A DNA stretch of 64,000 bases from a virus. The notes under the pieces were generated by a model. The model saw only the letters and a program-made list of their open reading frames with translations, was not told the origin of the DNA and searched no databases. Shown in pieces: positions 35,408 to 46,731 of the stretch. Made by a program: the position numbers and the translations under genes. The stretch is taken from IMG/VR virus record IMGVR_UViG_3300019760_000006, positions 28,761-92,760 of that record; one strand, given 5' to 3'. How positions within the stretch are numbered: position 1 is the first letter of the stretch; every line of letters begins with the position of its first letter.

Positions 35408-38400
35408 ATGTCTAAAATAAGCGTAGAAGTAGATGGTAATGGGGTTAGTTCTGGTGTTAGATCCATCTCAAAAGATTTATCAAAACTTAGAGATGATGTT
35501 AATAAAACATTCAAGAGTTTTGATCAATTTAACTCTGGATTGAATAGTGTAAGATCAACAAACTTAAACAAACTTTCAAAAGGTTTGACAGATTTTGCTG
35601 TAGCAATAGAATTGTTCAAAAATTCTAATTCTCAATTAGCTGGAAAACAGTTATCATATCTGAATACAAACTTAAAAAGTATAAGTGATCTTAATTTATC
35701 TACTACAAGCAGAAATATTCAAAAATTAAGTAATAGTTTAGCAAAAATGTCTTCTGTTAATTTCTCTGGTAGTTTTACTGAGATAGAAAAGTTTAAGAGT
35801 AATCTGGAAGGTTTGAACTCTCTTAATATAACAGGGGTGGTTAGGAATACAACTACATTTCAGAAGAGTTTAAATAATTTAGGTAAGGTTCCTTATAAAA
35901 AGATATCAAGTGGCATTCTTTCTATTGATAAAGCATTCAAAGCTATTAATAGTACATCATTCTCTAAAGTAATTAAAGATATGGATCAATTCAATAGAAA
36001 CCTTAGAGATATGAAAAAGAATGATATTTCATCTACTGTGAGAAATCTTGGAAAGAATATTGACACTCTTTCAATATCAATGAATAAGCAAGCTGCTATT
36101 CTTGCAAAAGTTGCTGATAGAGTTGAGATATTAGATAATAAATCTAAAAAGGCGGCTATTACTACAAGTAGTTTGAATAGATCAGTTAATACATCTGTAA
36201 TTGGGTTTGGGACTTTGCAAACTGCTTTAATTTCAGTGTCTGCTGCTTTGGGTTTAACAGAATTAAAAGAATATGCCGATACTTGGAAACAAGTAACAAA
36301 CTTAGTTAGGCTTGGTACTCAAACAGAAGAACAGTTGATAAGTGTTAGACAACGTCTTGTCCAATTATCATTGGAAACAAGGACGGATCTTAAAGCACAA
36401 ACAACTCTTTACAATAGGTTGACTATTGTACAGAAAGAACTTGGTGTTTCACAAAGACAAATTGTTGGAGTTCTTGGTACTGTTGGTAAAGCTCTTGCTG
36501 TAACATCAACCTCAACACTTGAAGCCCGTGGATCTTTGATCCAACTATCTCAAGCATTAGGTCAAGGTATTGTAAGAGCTGAAGAGTTTAACTCCATAAT
36601 GGAAGGAACTCCTCGTATTGCAAAGGCTGTTGCAGATGGTTTGGGAATTACAAGGGCAGAATTAAGAAAATTAGTTCTTGCTGGTCAAATTACAAGTAGA
36701 GATTTCTTTATTGCGCTGCAAAGTCAAGCAGAGGATCTTGAAAAAGAATTTTCAAAAGTTGATAAAACAATTGGGCAAGCTTTTACCAATTTAAGAACAA
36801 CATTAATTACAACCGTTGGTGCTTTTGATGATATAACAGGGGCAAGTGGTGAGTTTGTTAAGTTAATTGATAAACTATCTACATCTCTACGTGATGTTAA
36901 TCTTGAGGCTTTTTCGAACACTCTTATCGAAACAGGAGAAATAGTTTTAAAATTAGCAACGGTTATAGGTGTTGGAAGAGTAACTGCTGGTTTAGTTGGT
37001 GGTATATCAGTTTTAATTACATCGTTAGGAGCGGCTACAACAGCAGCAAGAGCTTTTAATGTTGCTATTAATTCTAATTGGGTAGCACTAACAGCTTTGG
37101 CTGCTATATTATCAGCTAAAGAGATTAAAGATGCATTTGACAGAGTATTTGGTAAAGCTGCTGATGATATAGAAAGACTTAATAAGATATCATTAACAAC
37201 TTTGAAAGAAAGAATTATAGATGTTAAAGAAGCTATAGAAGTCGGTGATTTAGATATTATTGAAGATATGTTAGGTGAATCACCTATAAAAATAAAGTCT
37301 GCAATTTATAATATAACAGGACAAATAGATACTTTACAAAGTAAAATAGAAGGGTTTAAAGCTGGAAGCGTAATTGTTGGTAAGGCTGCATTCTCAAGAT
37401 TAAGAGATACTGAAAAAGAAATCAAATCCCTTCAAGATGTATTAGATGGGTATAAAGGTATTGAATCTGCTGTTGAAAACCTTCGTAATGAACAAGGCAG
37501 AGCAGATGCAGTAGAGAATCGGAGATTACAAGGATTAACTAAACAAAAAATTCAAATAATAGCCTCATTCACAAAAGAAAGAGAAGCTTTAGAAAAGAAT
37601 ATTTCTGCTGCTGAAAGGGCTAAAGATATTTATGCCAAATTAAAACCGCCTTCAGCAAGATCAACAGACGAATATAGGCAAGCATATACTGATTTAGAAT
37701 CAATAATGCAAAAAGGTGTTGCTGCACAAGCAAAGTTAGACTCTGCTACAGCTAAGTATGAAAAGACACTAAAATCGTTAAATACTGAAGCTGGTTTTGA
37801 TGTTGAATTAGGTTTTAAACAACTAACTCAAGATGAACAAAGACTCAAAAATATCCAGAGGAATATAGTTGCTTTTAGATCAGAAAGTTCTGAGTATGAA
37901 AAAGAACTAAAAGCACAAATTGTTCTTGGTGAAAAATCTGCTAATCTGAAAGAAAAATTAGATAAGCTTGAAAGAAGTACAGGTCAGACAAGTATAACTC
38001 TTAGAAAAGAGATAAATAAAAACATTGAAGATGGTCTTAAAGCAAGAGAAGAGCTTAATAGGCAGGAAGGCAAGGCTGTTGCTGGAACAGCAGATGGATA
38101 CAATGATTTAAATAGGAGATCAAAAAAATATATTGATCAGATCAAAGAAGAGTCAAGACTTAGAAAGAAAGCACAGAAAGATTATGATAGAATCCTAAAA
38201 AAGCAGGAGAGAGAATGGGAGAAATTCTATGATAAATCAGTAGATTTTGCTGGTGATTCTTTATCTTCACTTTTCAAAAATAGTGAAGATGGTTGGGATG
38301 CCATGTTAGATTCATGGTATGATAGTTTTCTCGACACTATATCTAAGATGATAGCTAATGAAATTATTGTGCCTGTTGTTTTTAATATGGTTGGGGGGAC

Positions 38401-41400
38401 TGGTGGTCCTCTTGGTACAATATCTCAAATGTTGGGATATCAGACAGGTGGTGGTGCTCCAGCAGGAAAGGCTGGTGGTTCAGGTCTTCCAGTCAACGCT
38501 GGATCTTTGCAATGGCTAAGTCAAAACATGCCAGGATTTGCAGGTCTTCAAGGTCTCTTAGCAACCTCCTTACCTGGGACAGGTGGGATAACATTAAACA
38601 CAATGTCTACTGCTTCTCAACTTGGCGTCCCTCAAGCAGGGGTTATAAGTAATATTGGTGGTGTTTCTTTAGGGCAAGCTCTTGGTTTTGGTGGTTTTGG
38701 TAGTCTTGGATATTCTATGCTTGGTGGTAAGTTAGGTTTACCTCAGAATGAGTATACAGGTATTACATCTGGTTTAGGTGGAGCTTTAGGTGGCACATAC
38801 GCTGGTGGTGCATTATCAGCAGCAGGATTAGGAGCTTTAGGTGGTCCTGTTGGTATAGCTTTAGGTGCCATAGCGGGTGGTTTGTTAGGTGGTATGCTTG
38901 GTGATGAAAAAAAACCTGATGTTAGAATTAGTACTGTACTTGGTCAAGGTGAGTTTGGAGTTGGGTTTAAAGATGTAAGTGGTAGTGAGAATAGGGACCA
39001 AATAACTGATGCTGTTACTGATTATTTCAGAAACACTTTTACAGAATTAGGTAAAGTTGTAAATTTTTCTGTAGAAGACGCTTTAAAAAACTCTTCTATT
39101 TATGGTAGAATCAGACTTGATAAATTAGATGAAGATGATCCTAATTCATTATTTACAAAACTTATTGAAAGTGCTTTTACAGGTGGACAAAAATCTACTG
39201 AATTTTCAGGCAGTTTAAGAGAGACATTCTTAGATGCAATGGGATTATCTGCTGAAACTTTCTCTATTGATTTCTTTAAAAACATACAAGTGGATAGTGA
39301 AGATTTAATTTCAACATTCACAAGATTTGCAAGTGTTGCAGAAGAGTTTGATGATTTTAATAGTAGATTCGCAATGCAAATAGAAGAAGGTTTTTCCAGT
39401 ACAAAAGCGTTTGAGAATTTATTAGCTATTGTGGCTGTAACAGGGGAATATACATCAGCTGTTGAAACAATTTCAGAATCTACTATAACACAAAACTTAA
39501 AACAAATCACTGAGCAATGGAATAAGTTTATCGAGGTTTTAGTAGATTCAGGAGCTACAATACAAGAAATCACAGCTATTGAGGAAAATAGAAATACAGT
39601 TGTAGGTAGTCAATTAACAGGTATCACAGCAGATTCTCTGACACAAGCTCTTGTAGGTGGTAATTTCCAAACCGTATTTACAGAGAATCTTAAGAAACAG
39701 GCTGGCTTAGTTGTTGCTTCGAATCTCTCTGAACAATTATTTAATAGTGTTTTTCAACCTATTCTTGAAGATATTGGTGGTAAGTCATCTTCACTATATT
39801 CAGGCAGTCAAGAAGATATTTCTTCTGCCTGGAATGATATTATTAAGAAAATAACAACAGCAGTAAATAATGTTGATTTGAGTCAGTTCAATGAATCATT
39901 GAGAGAGCTTGGGATTCTTACTGAGGATAATGGAGAGAGGATAAAACTCCAAATACAACTTCTTAAATTAGAAGGTAAAGAGGATGAAGCTCTTAAACTT
40001 CAAAGACAAGAATTACTCAAAGTAACCTCAGATTCTTTAAAACCTATACAAGAAAGAATTTGGCTGTTAGAGGATGAACAAAAAGCTTTAGAGAATTATA
40101 AAAAATTTATAGATCCTATAAACGAAGAGTTATCAACTATGGATCTATCACCTACAGAAAAAAGTATTTATAATATAAATAGAGCTTATGAGGAGAATGT
40201 CAAAAAGGCCAAAGAATTAGGTTTAGCTAATAGAGATCTTAATAAGATTGAAGAACTTCGTATATCCTCTATTAGAAAGGTTGCTGATGAGATAAAGAAA
40301 TCAATAGATGATCAGTTATCAACTATTGATATGAGTGAAACAGAACAAGAATTATATGGCATAAAAAAACAATACGAAGAAACCATTAATCAAGTAAAAG
40401 CTATAGAAGAGATGACAAGTAAAACATCGTCAGGATTAGATGCACAAACAAAAGCAACATTAAGCACTACAAATGCTGTTAACTTCATGAATGAAAATGT
40501 ATCTAATATTCTTAAATCTTTATTTGATCTCATAAGACAAAGTGGAACAAAACCTGGGGTAGTGGGGGATGTTCAAAGTATAGCACTAAAAGATGTTGAT
40601 TTTAGTAAGCTTTCTGGTCAAGCAGCATCAATAGTCAGAAGTATTTTTAATTTAAGTGCAGATGTATTTGGGAAAGAAATTGAAACATCATCTCTGAAAG
40701 GGATAAGGCAAAAACTATCTGGAGTTCAATCCGCTCCTTCAGAAGAGCAACTAAAAGAGACGTATGGTTTTAATTTTAGTCTTCTTTCTGAATTAGCTAA
40801 TAGCTTCGCAGCTAAATTAAAAACAGCAGGTGTTGACAGTGATATAGAGCAGATAAAAGCAAGCAGCCCTTCAACGGAGTGGGCTTTATCTAATCTTGGT
40901 TTGAAGAGTATAGAAGATATAGAGAATTTTATATCAACTATTAACAGTGTTAAAAATAAACCAACTATTGATGCTCTTACAGACCTATTAATAAAAGCAG
41001 AAAAGTTAGAATATTCTAAAGACCCTGAAGTTATTTTTCCATCTTTAGATACTGGTGGATTAGCTGAATCAGCTTATGAGCTACAACAGGCGAGTTTTAA
41101 AAAATCTTTCACTGACTTTTTTTCTGGTATACAAACAGAATTTGATCAGTTAAACATGACTGATTTAGAAAAGCAAGTTTACCAGTTACAGAAGATAGAG
41201 GAAGGGAGGATATCAAGTTTAAATACCTACCTTTCTTATGGAGTTATCACACAAGAAGAATATGAAGATGCATTACAAAAAATACATGCTCTAACACAAT
41301 CAATATCTGAGGAAACAAGACAGGTTGGTATAGAAAATATTGTTTCTGGTTTTGTCTCATTTAATAAAGCTTTAGATGAAACTTATCAAGTTTCTGGTGA

Positions 41401-42706
41401 ATTAATTCTATTTTTTGAGAAACTAAATTCTAATGAGCTTCCTGTCCTAACTAATAGTTTTGATGCACTTAATGCAGCTATAGCCTCAACAGAAGATAGT
41501 AGTGGGGATTTTGTAACATCTCTTGTATCTTTTGGAGCTACATTTGAGAAGTTAAATGATTTATTTGCTGAGGGAAGTATTACAAAAGAACAATATAATT
41601 CTTTATTATCTCAAAGCACTGTATTATATACAAAATCAATTGATCAGATTAAAAAGAACAAAACAAATTGGGAGAGTTTTGTTGATAGTATTGATTCTTG
41701 GCTTAGTAAACTAAATAAAGATGCAACAAACCCTGAGGAACTTTATAGAAAAACAAATGAAGTTTTTCAAGATACTTTACAAAGAGCTTTAGAAGGAGAT
41801 GTAAAAGCCCAGGGTAAATTATCTGGCGCTGCCGATGATTTTCTAAATGCTTCTTTAGCATTTAATACAAACCAAATGACATATGCTTCTGATTTTGCAA
41901 GAGTTAGGGTTGCAATGGAAGAGGCACAACAGTATGGTAAGGAACAAGTTTCTTCTATTGATCAGATGCTTGAAGTGGCGAAAGAGCAGGTAATTGATCT
42001 TAAAAATATATCTAATCAATCCTTAGAGAGCCTTAATTCTTTATATTCTGTTGATGAAACTGTAAAAGCTATAAATGAAAGTATAGTAACAGAAGATATT
42101 TTTGATCTTCTTCTTAATAGATATCTCGGAGGTGATTCCTCTCTTTTAAACCTGCTAAAAGGTCTTTCTCTTGGTAAAGATTTAAGTGTTAGTAGATTAA
42201 CGGACCAAAATATTGTCTCTGGTGTTACAAGAGAAGTAGGTGTATCTCTTGATACAGATGTATATGCTACAGTATCAGCAAAAGTACAGCAAATGATAGA
42301 CGCTGGTGTAGCAAGCGGGTTATCTGTGGCTATTACATTAGCTGCTGCAAGTAAAGAACTAAGAGAGAAAGTGCCAAATATTTCTAATCTTGCTGATATT
42401 GTTAAGAAGGTTAAAGGAGACCTTGATATTCCTGGCTTTGTTTCAGGGGGATATCATCCTGGTGGTATTAGAATGGTCGGTGAAGGAGGCCCTGAAGTTG
42501 AAGTTACAGCGCCAAGCTACATCCATAATACTTCTGATACGGCAAAACTTCTTGGTAGACAATATATGGAGGAAATGGCTAAAGAGTTAAAACAGCTAAG
42601 AGAAGATTTTAGAATTGCTATGACAGAAAATATAAAAGCAAACAAAGATACAGCTTTTTACACTGAAAGAGAATATATAGAAAAGCAACAACCAACAACA
42701 ATATAG
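35408..42706 (+). CDS. Tail tape measure protein
   Basis: 2432 aa; QLSQALGQGIVRAEEFNSIME tape-measure domain; Gly-rich hydrophobic stretch; C-terminal F.SGG.H.GG.R.VGE.GPE. Confidence 0.95.
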   Translation: MSKISVEVDGNGVSSGVRSISKDLSKLRDDVNKTFKSFDQFNSGLNSVRSTNLNKLSKGLTDFAVAIELFKNSNSQLAGKQLSYLNTNLKSISDLNLSTTSRNIQKLSNSLAKMSSVNFSGSFTEIEKFKSNLEGLNSLNITGVVRNTTTFQKSLNNLGKVPYKKISSGILSIDKAFKAINSTSFSKVIKDMDQFNRNLRDMKKNDISSTVRNLGKNIDTLSISMNKQAAILAKVADRVEILDNKSKKAAITTSSLNRSVNTSVIGFGTLQTALISVSAALGLTELKEYADTWKQVTNLVRLGTQTEEQLISVRQRLVQLSLETRTDLKAQTTLYNRLTIVQKELGVSQRQIVGVLGTVGKALAVTSTSTLEARGSLIQLSQALGQGIVRAEEFNSIMEGTPRIAKAVADGLGITRAELRKLVLAGQITSRDFFIALQSQAEDLEKEFSKVDKTIGQAFTNLRTTLITTVGAFDDITGASGEFVKLIDKLSTSLRDVNLEAFSNTLIETGEIVLKLATVIGVGRVTAGLVGGISVLITSLGAATTAARAFNVAINSNWVALTALAAILSAKEIKDAFDRVFGKAADDIERLNKISLTTLKERIIDVKEAIEVGDLDIIEDMLGESPIKIKSAIYNITGQIDTLQSKIEGFKAGSVIVGKAAFSRLRDTEKEIKSLQDVLDGYKGIESAVENLRNEQGRADAVENRRLQGLTKQKIQIIASFTKEREALEKNISAAERAKDIYAKLKPPSARSTDEYRQAYTDLESIMQKGVAAQAKLDSATAKYEKTLKSLNTEAGFDVELGFKQLTQDEQRLKNIQRNIVAFRSESSEYEKELKAQIVLGEKSANLKEKLDKLERSTGQTSITLRKEINKNIEDGLKAREELNRQEGKAVAGTADGYNDLNRRSKKYIDQIKEESRLRKKAQKDYDRILKKQEREWEKFYDKSVDFAGDSLSSLFKNSEDGWDAMLDSWYDSFLDTISKMIANEIIVPVVFNMVGGTGGPLGTISQMLGYQTGGGAPAGKAGGSGLPVNAGSLQWLSQNMPGFAGLQGLLATSLPGTGGITLNTMSTASQLGVPQAGVISNIGGVSLGQALGFGGFGSLGYSMLGGKLGLPQNEYTGITSGLGGALGGTYAGGALSAAGLGALGGPVGIALGAIAGGLLGGMLGDEKKPDVRISTVLGQGEFGVGFKDVSGSENRDQITDAVTDYFRNTFTELGKVVNFSVEDALKNSSIYGRIRLDKLDEDDPNSLFTKLIESAFTGGQKSTEFSGSLRETFLDAMGLSAETFSIDFFKNIQVDSEDLISTFTRFASVAEEFDDFNSRFAMQIEEGFSSTKAFENLLAIVAVTGEYTSAVETISESTITQNLKQITEQWNKFIEVLVDSGATIQEITAIEENRNTVVGSQLTGITADSLTQALVGGNFQTVFTENLKKQAGLVVASNLSEQLFNSVFQPILEDIGGKSSSLYSGSQEDISSAWNDIIKKITTAVNNVDLSQFNESLRELGILTEDNGERIKLQIQLLKLEGKEDEALKLQRQELLKVTSDSLKPIQERIWLLEDEQKALENYKKFIDPINEELSTMDLSPTEKSIYNINRAYEENVKKAKELGLANRDLNKIEELRISSIRKVADEIKKSIDDQLSTIDMSETEQELYGIKKQYEETINQVKAIEEMTSKTSSGLDAQTKATLSTTNAVNFMNENVSNILKSLFDLIRQSGTKPGVVGDVQSIALKDVDFSKLSGQAASIVRSIFNLSADVFGKEIETSSLKGIRQKLSGVQSAPSEEQLKETYGFNFSLLSELANSFAAKLKTAGVDSDIEQIKASSPSTEWALSNLGLKSIEDIENFISTINSVKNKPTIDALTDLLIKAEKLEYSKDPEVIFPSLDTGGLAESAYELQQASFKKSFTDFFSGIQTEFDQLNMTDLEKQVYQLQKIEEGRISSLNTYLSYGVITQEEYEDALQKIHALTQSISEETRQVGIENIVSGFVSFNKALDETYQVSGELILFFEKLNSNELPVLTNSFDALNAAIASTEDSSGDFVTSLVSFGATFEKLNDLFAEGSITKEQYNSLLSQSTVLYTKSIDQIKKNKTNWESFVDSIDSWLSKLNKDATNPEELYRKTNEVFQDTLQRALEGDVKAQGKLSGAADDFLNASLAFNTNQMTYASDFARVRVAMEEAQQYGKEQVSSIDQMLEVAKEQVIDLKNISNQSLESLNSLYSVDETVKAINESIVTEDIFDLLLNRYLGGDSSLLNLLKGLSLGKDLSVSRLTDQNIVSGVTREVGVSLDTDVYATVSAKVQQMIDAGVASGLSVAITLAAASKELREKVPNISNLADIVKKVKGDLDIPGFVSGGYHPGGIRMVGEGGPEVEVTAPSYIHNTSDTAKLLGRQYMEEMAKELKQLREDFRIAMTENIKANKDTAFYTEREYIEKQQPTTI

Positions 42707-42736
42707 TTTTATTATGAAGGAGATTATTAATAATAG

Positions 42737-43693
42737 ATGAAAATGATCATCCCGGAAGAAATAACTTATAGTGATTTTTCTATAAATCTTACTGATTCTA
42801 CTGAGGGTGAGTTCGATTATTCTGGTAGTACTAATTACAACAAAGATGATACGGTTAAAGTTAGCTTTGAAAAAGATGGTACTACCAGAATACTGCCAGA
42901 AAAAACATTCACAGTTATTTCAACAGACCCAACAAATGAATACCCTATTGGTAGTACTAAGTGGTTAGATAATGGTGCTGTCAACAGACACAAGATGTTT
43001 GATAAATATATAAACACACAAGCAGAGGCTTTTGGTACAGAAGTAACTGACCCTGGTAAGATTGTATTTACAATCAAAACTGATAGACAAAATGCAATTG
43101 CTTTGTTTGGTGTTGAAGGGACAAGTGTAAAGTATGAATTAAAAGATTATAAAGATACAATTGTAGAGACTTATGAAAATACTAATTTAGATGAAGGATA
43201 TATACAAGATTTTGAAGAATATATTTATAAACCTTTTCCGTTTACACACGATTTAGTTCAATATTTCTCATCATATTTGGTTAGTAAGCTTACAGTTACA
43301 ATAGAAAGAAATGAGACAGGACTATACCCAAAGTGTGGATATGTTATTGTTGGTCAAAGTGTATTTATAGGGTATACTAATTATGGTGTAGAAACAGGTT
43401 ATTTATCTTTTAGCAAAGTAAATAGAGATAGTTTCGGTAATGTTTACGCACAAAAAGGAAATTATGCAAAACTTATGACTCTTCCATTGACAATAGATAA
43501 TGTCATTTATGACAAAGTACAAGCAGCAGCTATCGCTGTTGATGGAATACCAACAGTTTTTGATGGTAATAATGAAGAATTTAACACAGGATATGAGTCA
43601 TTGTTGATATTGGGTTTATTGATTGATTTCAGACCCATCATTCAATACTTTGATATATCTGAAGTTAGTATGAAAATAGAAGGAATTATTTAA
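42737..43693 (+). CDS. Distal tail / tail-tip structural protein
   Basis: Follows tape measure; W...GA.NRHKMFD and FS...RD.FGN motifs. Confidence 0.65.
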   Translation: MKMIIPEEITYSDFSINLTDSTEGEFDYSGSTNYNKDDTVKVSFEKDGTTRILPEKTFTVISTDPTNEYPIGSTKWLDNGAVNRHKMFDKYINTQAEAFGTEVTDPGKIVFTIKTDRQNAIALFGVEGTSVKYELKDYKDTIVETYENTNLDEGYIQDFEEYIYKPFPFTHDLVQYFSSYLVSKLTVTIERNETGLYPKCGYVIVGQSVFIGYTNYGVETGYLSFSKVNRDSFGNVYAQKGNYAKLMTLPLTIDNVIYDKVQAAAIAVDGIPTVFDGNNEEFNTGYESLLILGLLIDFRPIIQYFDISEVSMKIEGII

Positions 43694-43724
43694 TAATAAA
43701 AAGAAAAGAAAGGATAAACTATAT

Positions 43725-45182
43725 ATGGCAATAAATACAAGAATAACACAAACACTAACGCCTCTCCCTTCTGCACCACAAAGAAGTGATAGAGAGACAT
43801 TTGCAGCTAAAGCTGATCCTTTTCTTGCTGGAATGGAAGATGTTCCAACAGAACAAAATACATATGCCACTCAGGCAAATACAATGGCTGATGAGATTAA
43901 TTCAACTGTGTCTGAGATGAACACTATAAAAGATGAAACAGGTGTTATAAAAAATGAAACTCAAGATATAGCAAATACAACATCATCTGTGGCAAATTAC
44001 AAAGGATCTTGGTCAAGTTTGACAGGATCTTTAAGCATTCCGGCAAGCGTTTATCATTCAGGTAAAAACTGGCAACTACTTCAAGATCTTTCAGATGTCA
44101 CAAGCGTCGAACCTGGGGCAAACAACAATATTTGGAATGATTTATCTGTAAGCTCTGGTTTGGGATACGAAGGCGTTACAAGCGAAAAGACAATAACATC
44201 AGAGGATGCAGGACAAATTATAGATATAACATCCGGCACGTTTACAGTAACATTTGACCAAGTATCAAATCTTGGAGACGGATTTTCATGCCATATCCGA
44301 AACAATGGAACTGGTGATATCACTCTCTCAACAAACGGATTTGAAACAATTGACGGGTTAACCACATTTATTATGTACCCAAGAGAAGTGAGACTTTTTC
44401 AATGTGATGGGACAGTAATTCGATCAATTGTGTTGTGCTCGTTTTATCGGGTTTTTACTTCATCTGGAACGTTTGTTAAACCACCTGGATACTTTATGTT
44501 TGAAGGGTTGCTTTGGGGTGGTGGAGGCGGTGGAGGCAAATCAAATACTACATCATATAGATCAGGAGGAGGAGGAGGAGGTGCTTGTGTTCCTTTTAAT
44601 ATATCATACCAAGATATGTCTTCATCTTCTTCTGTTATTATAGGTTCTGGAGGATTAGGCAGATCTGGGTCTTGGGGGGCAGGCATAATTGGTGGAAATT
44701 CAACATTTTCAGGTATAACTTCGTATGGAGGAGGAGGAGGAGGAGGTATAGATAACAACAATGAATCAGGAGGAGGAGGAGGAGGAGTTATGGGTGCCGG
44801 GCAATCGTCCACAGGCCTTTTAACACCCGGTGGATCACCATATTTAGATTTACAATCAAATAAAAATGTTAATAACCCAGGTTTTGGCGGTGGTTCTGCC
44901 TATGAGAATACACCTGGTATGTCAGTTTATGGAGGTGGTTCAGGCTCAAACACCACAACCCCGGGAGGGGACAGTCTATATGGTGGTGGAGGAGGAGGAG
45001 GTGCATCTGGGAATATTGGTCCTGGGGGAAGTTCAACATTTGGTGGAAATGGTGGAGATGGTGGTGTAACAAGTTCTGGATTGAATGGTAGTCCTCCTGC
45101 TGGAGGAGGCGGTTGTACGCAATCAGGCACAAATGCTGGAAATGGTGCCCGTGGTGAGCTAAGAATATGGGGGGTACTATAA
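43725..45182 (+). CDS. Tail fibre with glycine-rich C-terminal domain
   Basis: LTPLP.AP.R.D..TFAAKAD.F N-terminus; FTSSGTF..P...WGGGGGGG Gly-rich domain. Confidence 0.8.
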   Translation: MAINTRITQTLTPLPSAPQRSDRETFAAKADPFLAGMEDVPTEQNTYATQANTMADEINSTVSEMNTIKDETGVIKNETQDIANTTSSVANYKGSWSSLTGSLSIPASVYHSGKNWQLLQDLSDVTSVEPGANNNIWNDLSVSSGLGYEGVTSEKTITSEDAGQIIDITSGTFTVTFDQVSNLGDGFSCHIRNNGTGDITLSTNGFETIDGLTTFIMYPREVRLFQCDGTVIRSIVLCSFYRVFTSSGTFVKPPGYFMFEGLLWGGGGGGGKSNTTSYRSGGGGGGACVPFNISYQDMSSSSSVIIGSGGLGRSGSWGAGIIGGNSTFSGITSYGGGGGGGIDNNNESGGGGGGVMGAGQSSTGLLTPGGSPYLDLQSNKNVNNPGFGGGSAYENTPGMSVYGGGSGSNTTTPGGDSLYGGGGGGGASGNIGPGGSSTFGGNGGDGGVTSSGLNGSPPAGGGGCTQSGTNAGNGARGELRIWGVL

Positions 45183-45622
45183 TGATAGCACATGCAATTA
45201 AAGACGGAAAAGTCGTAAACACCATTGAAGTTGAATCACTTGAGTTTATTACTGGACTTATCGACGCAAGCATGGGTGGTTCAATTGGTGACATGTGGGA
45301 TGGTGAGAAATTTTCAACACCTGAACCTGAACCTAAAACAATCGAGGACAGATTCACAGAGCTGAAAACAGAATTTGAATCATACATTTATGGCCACTAT
45401 GGACCAGCTACACAGATGACTATGATTAAAGCTTATTCTGATGAAGATACTCCTATTGAATTAAAGGCAAAGGCAAAAGAGGTAGGAGATTGGATAAAGA
45501 CAGTACAAACTTACTATAAGAACATAAAAGCTTCCATACTCAGCGGAGCAGTAGAAACAACATGGGATTTTCAGCAATTCGACGCAACCAAACCACAATG
45601 GGATTTTGAGGATTTTGTATGA
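45182..45622 (+). CDS. Tail fibre-associated chaperone
   Basis: AH.IKDG.VVNTI...IG..WDG..F..P; start ATG 45182 overlaps the fibre stop. Confidence 0.6.
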   Translation: MIAHAIKDGKVVNTIEVESLEFITGLIDASMGGSIGDMWDGEKFSTPEPEPKTIEDRFTELKTEFESYIYGHYGPATQMTMIKAYSDEDTPIELKAKAKEVGDWIKTVQTYYKNIKASILSGAVETTWDFQQFDATKPQWDFEDFV

Positions 45623-46113
45623 ATACATGGGATAAAATAAAGCAAATCATTGATAATCAAGATGCAGAAATACAGAGACTAAAAATAGCAGTAAAAGCAG
45701 GTAGCAAAGAACCTGTGACTATTGAGTATGAAAATCCTGTAAGGATAGATGGTTTATGGGATATTGGCGTTCCACTGAATGCAAACTACGCTTTTTCTAC
45801 AGATGATTATTGGTATGGTATTGACAAAGAAGATGTGCAAAAAGTGTTGGATCAACATCAAAATATTAAAGATATGGAGTATAAAGAAAGCTTAACAGAT
45901 TGTGACGATTATGCTCAAGCATTGCATGGTGTTTTTAACCAACATGGACTGTCAAGATTTGCTTTTGGCTATGCATCTTCTGGTGGTCATGCATTTAACT
46001 TCTTTGTTGATCGAAATAAAAAAATATGGATAGTCGAACCACAGACATTTGAAATTCTTGATTATGAAATATGGAAGTATTCAAACTATAAAATTAATAA
46101 ATGGATTATATAA
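45619..46113 (+). CDS. Papain-like cysteine peptidase domain (MOA agglutinin C-terminal-like)
   Basis: DCDDYA...GHAFNFF...VEPQ, a Cys-His-Glu triad pattern. Confidence 0.65.
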   Translation: MNTWDKIKQIIDNQDAEIQRLKIAVKAGSKEPVTIEYENPVRIDGLWDIGVPLNANYAFSTDDYWYGIDKEDVQKVLDQHQNIKDMEYKESLTDCDDYAQALHGVFNQHGLSRFAFGYASSGGHAFNFFVDRNKKIWIVEPQTFEILDYEIWKYSNYKINKWII

Positions 46114-46731
46114 ATGATAATAAAAAAATATTTTATAATAGTATTTTTTATAGTGTCTACATGCAATTCATGTATATTGATGTCAGATAAGTATTATGAA
46201 ACAAAATCTATTGAGTGGCAAGCTAAATCTGATGCAGCTAAAGCATATAATGAGAGTATAGATAATAGATTAGCTGAAATAGACCCGAGAACAGGTGTAA
46301 TAACCTTATATAAGCAGGTTGATCAAAAACCTATGGCAGTGTATGCAGATTCCAATCCCTTCATAGATGGGCTTAAAACAACGCTTAATTCAAGTGCTTT
46401 AAAATTTCTCACTGGTGGGTTGGCATTTAAACTTGCTACAGACAATATGCAAGGTAATACAAGTATGTATCAAGCTGGTGGAGATATGTCAGTTACAAGA
46501 GATAGTGGTAACTCAATAGATTACACATCAACATCTTCTGAAGTTTATGGAGATCAATCCAAAACAAATATCCAAGATTCTTACAACTCTAAGACACTTG
46601 ATAAATCCACTATGACAGATGATCATTCAGTTATGGAGAGTGATAATAGAAGTTATCAGAATAGTTACAATAACGTAACTAATGAGTATGAAAGTAAGGA
46701 AGGAAATACTGGAGTAAATTATGAAGATTGA
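46114..46731 (+). CDS. Putative lipoprotein
   Basis: Signal-like N-terminus ending CNSC; S/T/N/D-rich tail. Confidence 0.6.
   Translation: MIIKKYFIIVFFIVSTCNSCILMSDKYYETKSIEWQAKSDAAKAYNESIDNRLAEIDPRTGVITLYKQVDQKPMAVYADSNPFIDGLKTTLNSSALKFLTGGLAFKLATDNMQGNTSMYQAGGDMSVTRDSGNSIDYTSTSSEVYGDQSKTNIQDSYNSKTLDKSTMTDDHSVMESDNRSYQNSYNNVTNEYESKEGNTGVNYED

Noticed and set aside
44560-45000. (GGA)n runs as phase-variation microsatellites
   Set aside because: They are in-frame triplets explained by poly-Gly segments typical of this fibre domain.
44444-45387. Pro- and His-rich minus-strand ORFs
   Set aside because: They are shadows of the (GGA/GGT)n glycine codons of the tail fibre.
24713-45622. Diversity-generating retroelement acting on fibre genes
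   Set aside because: No reverse transcriptase and no adenine-variable repeat pair were seen.
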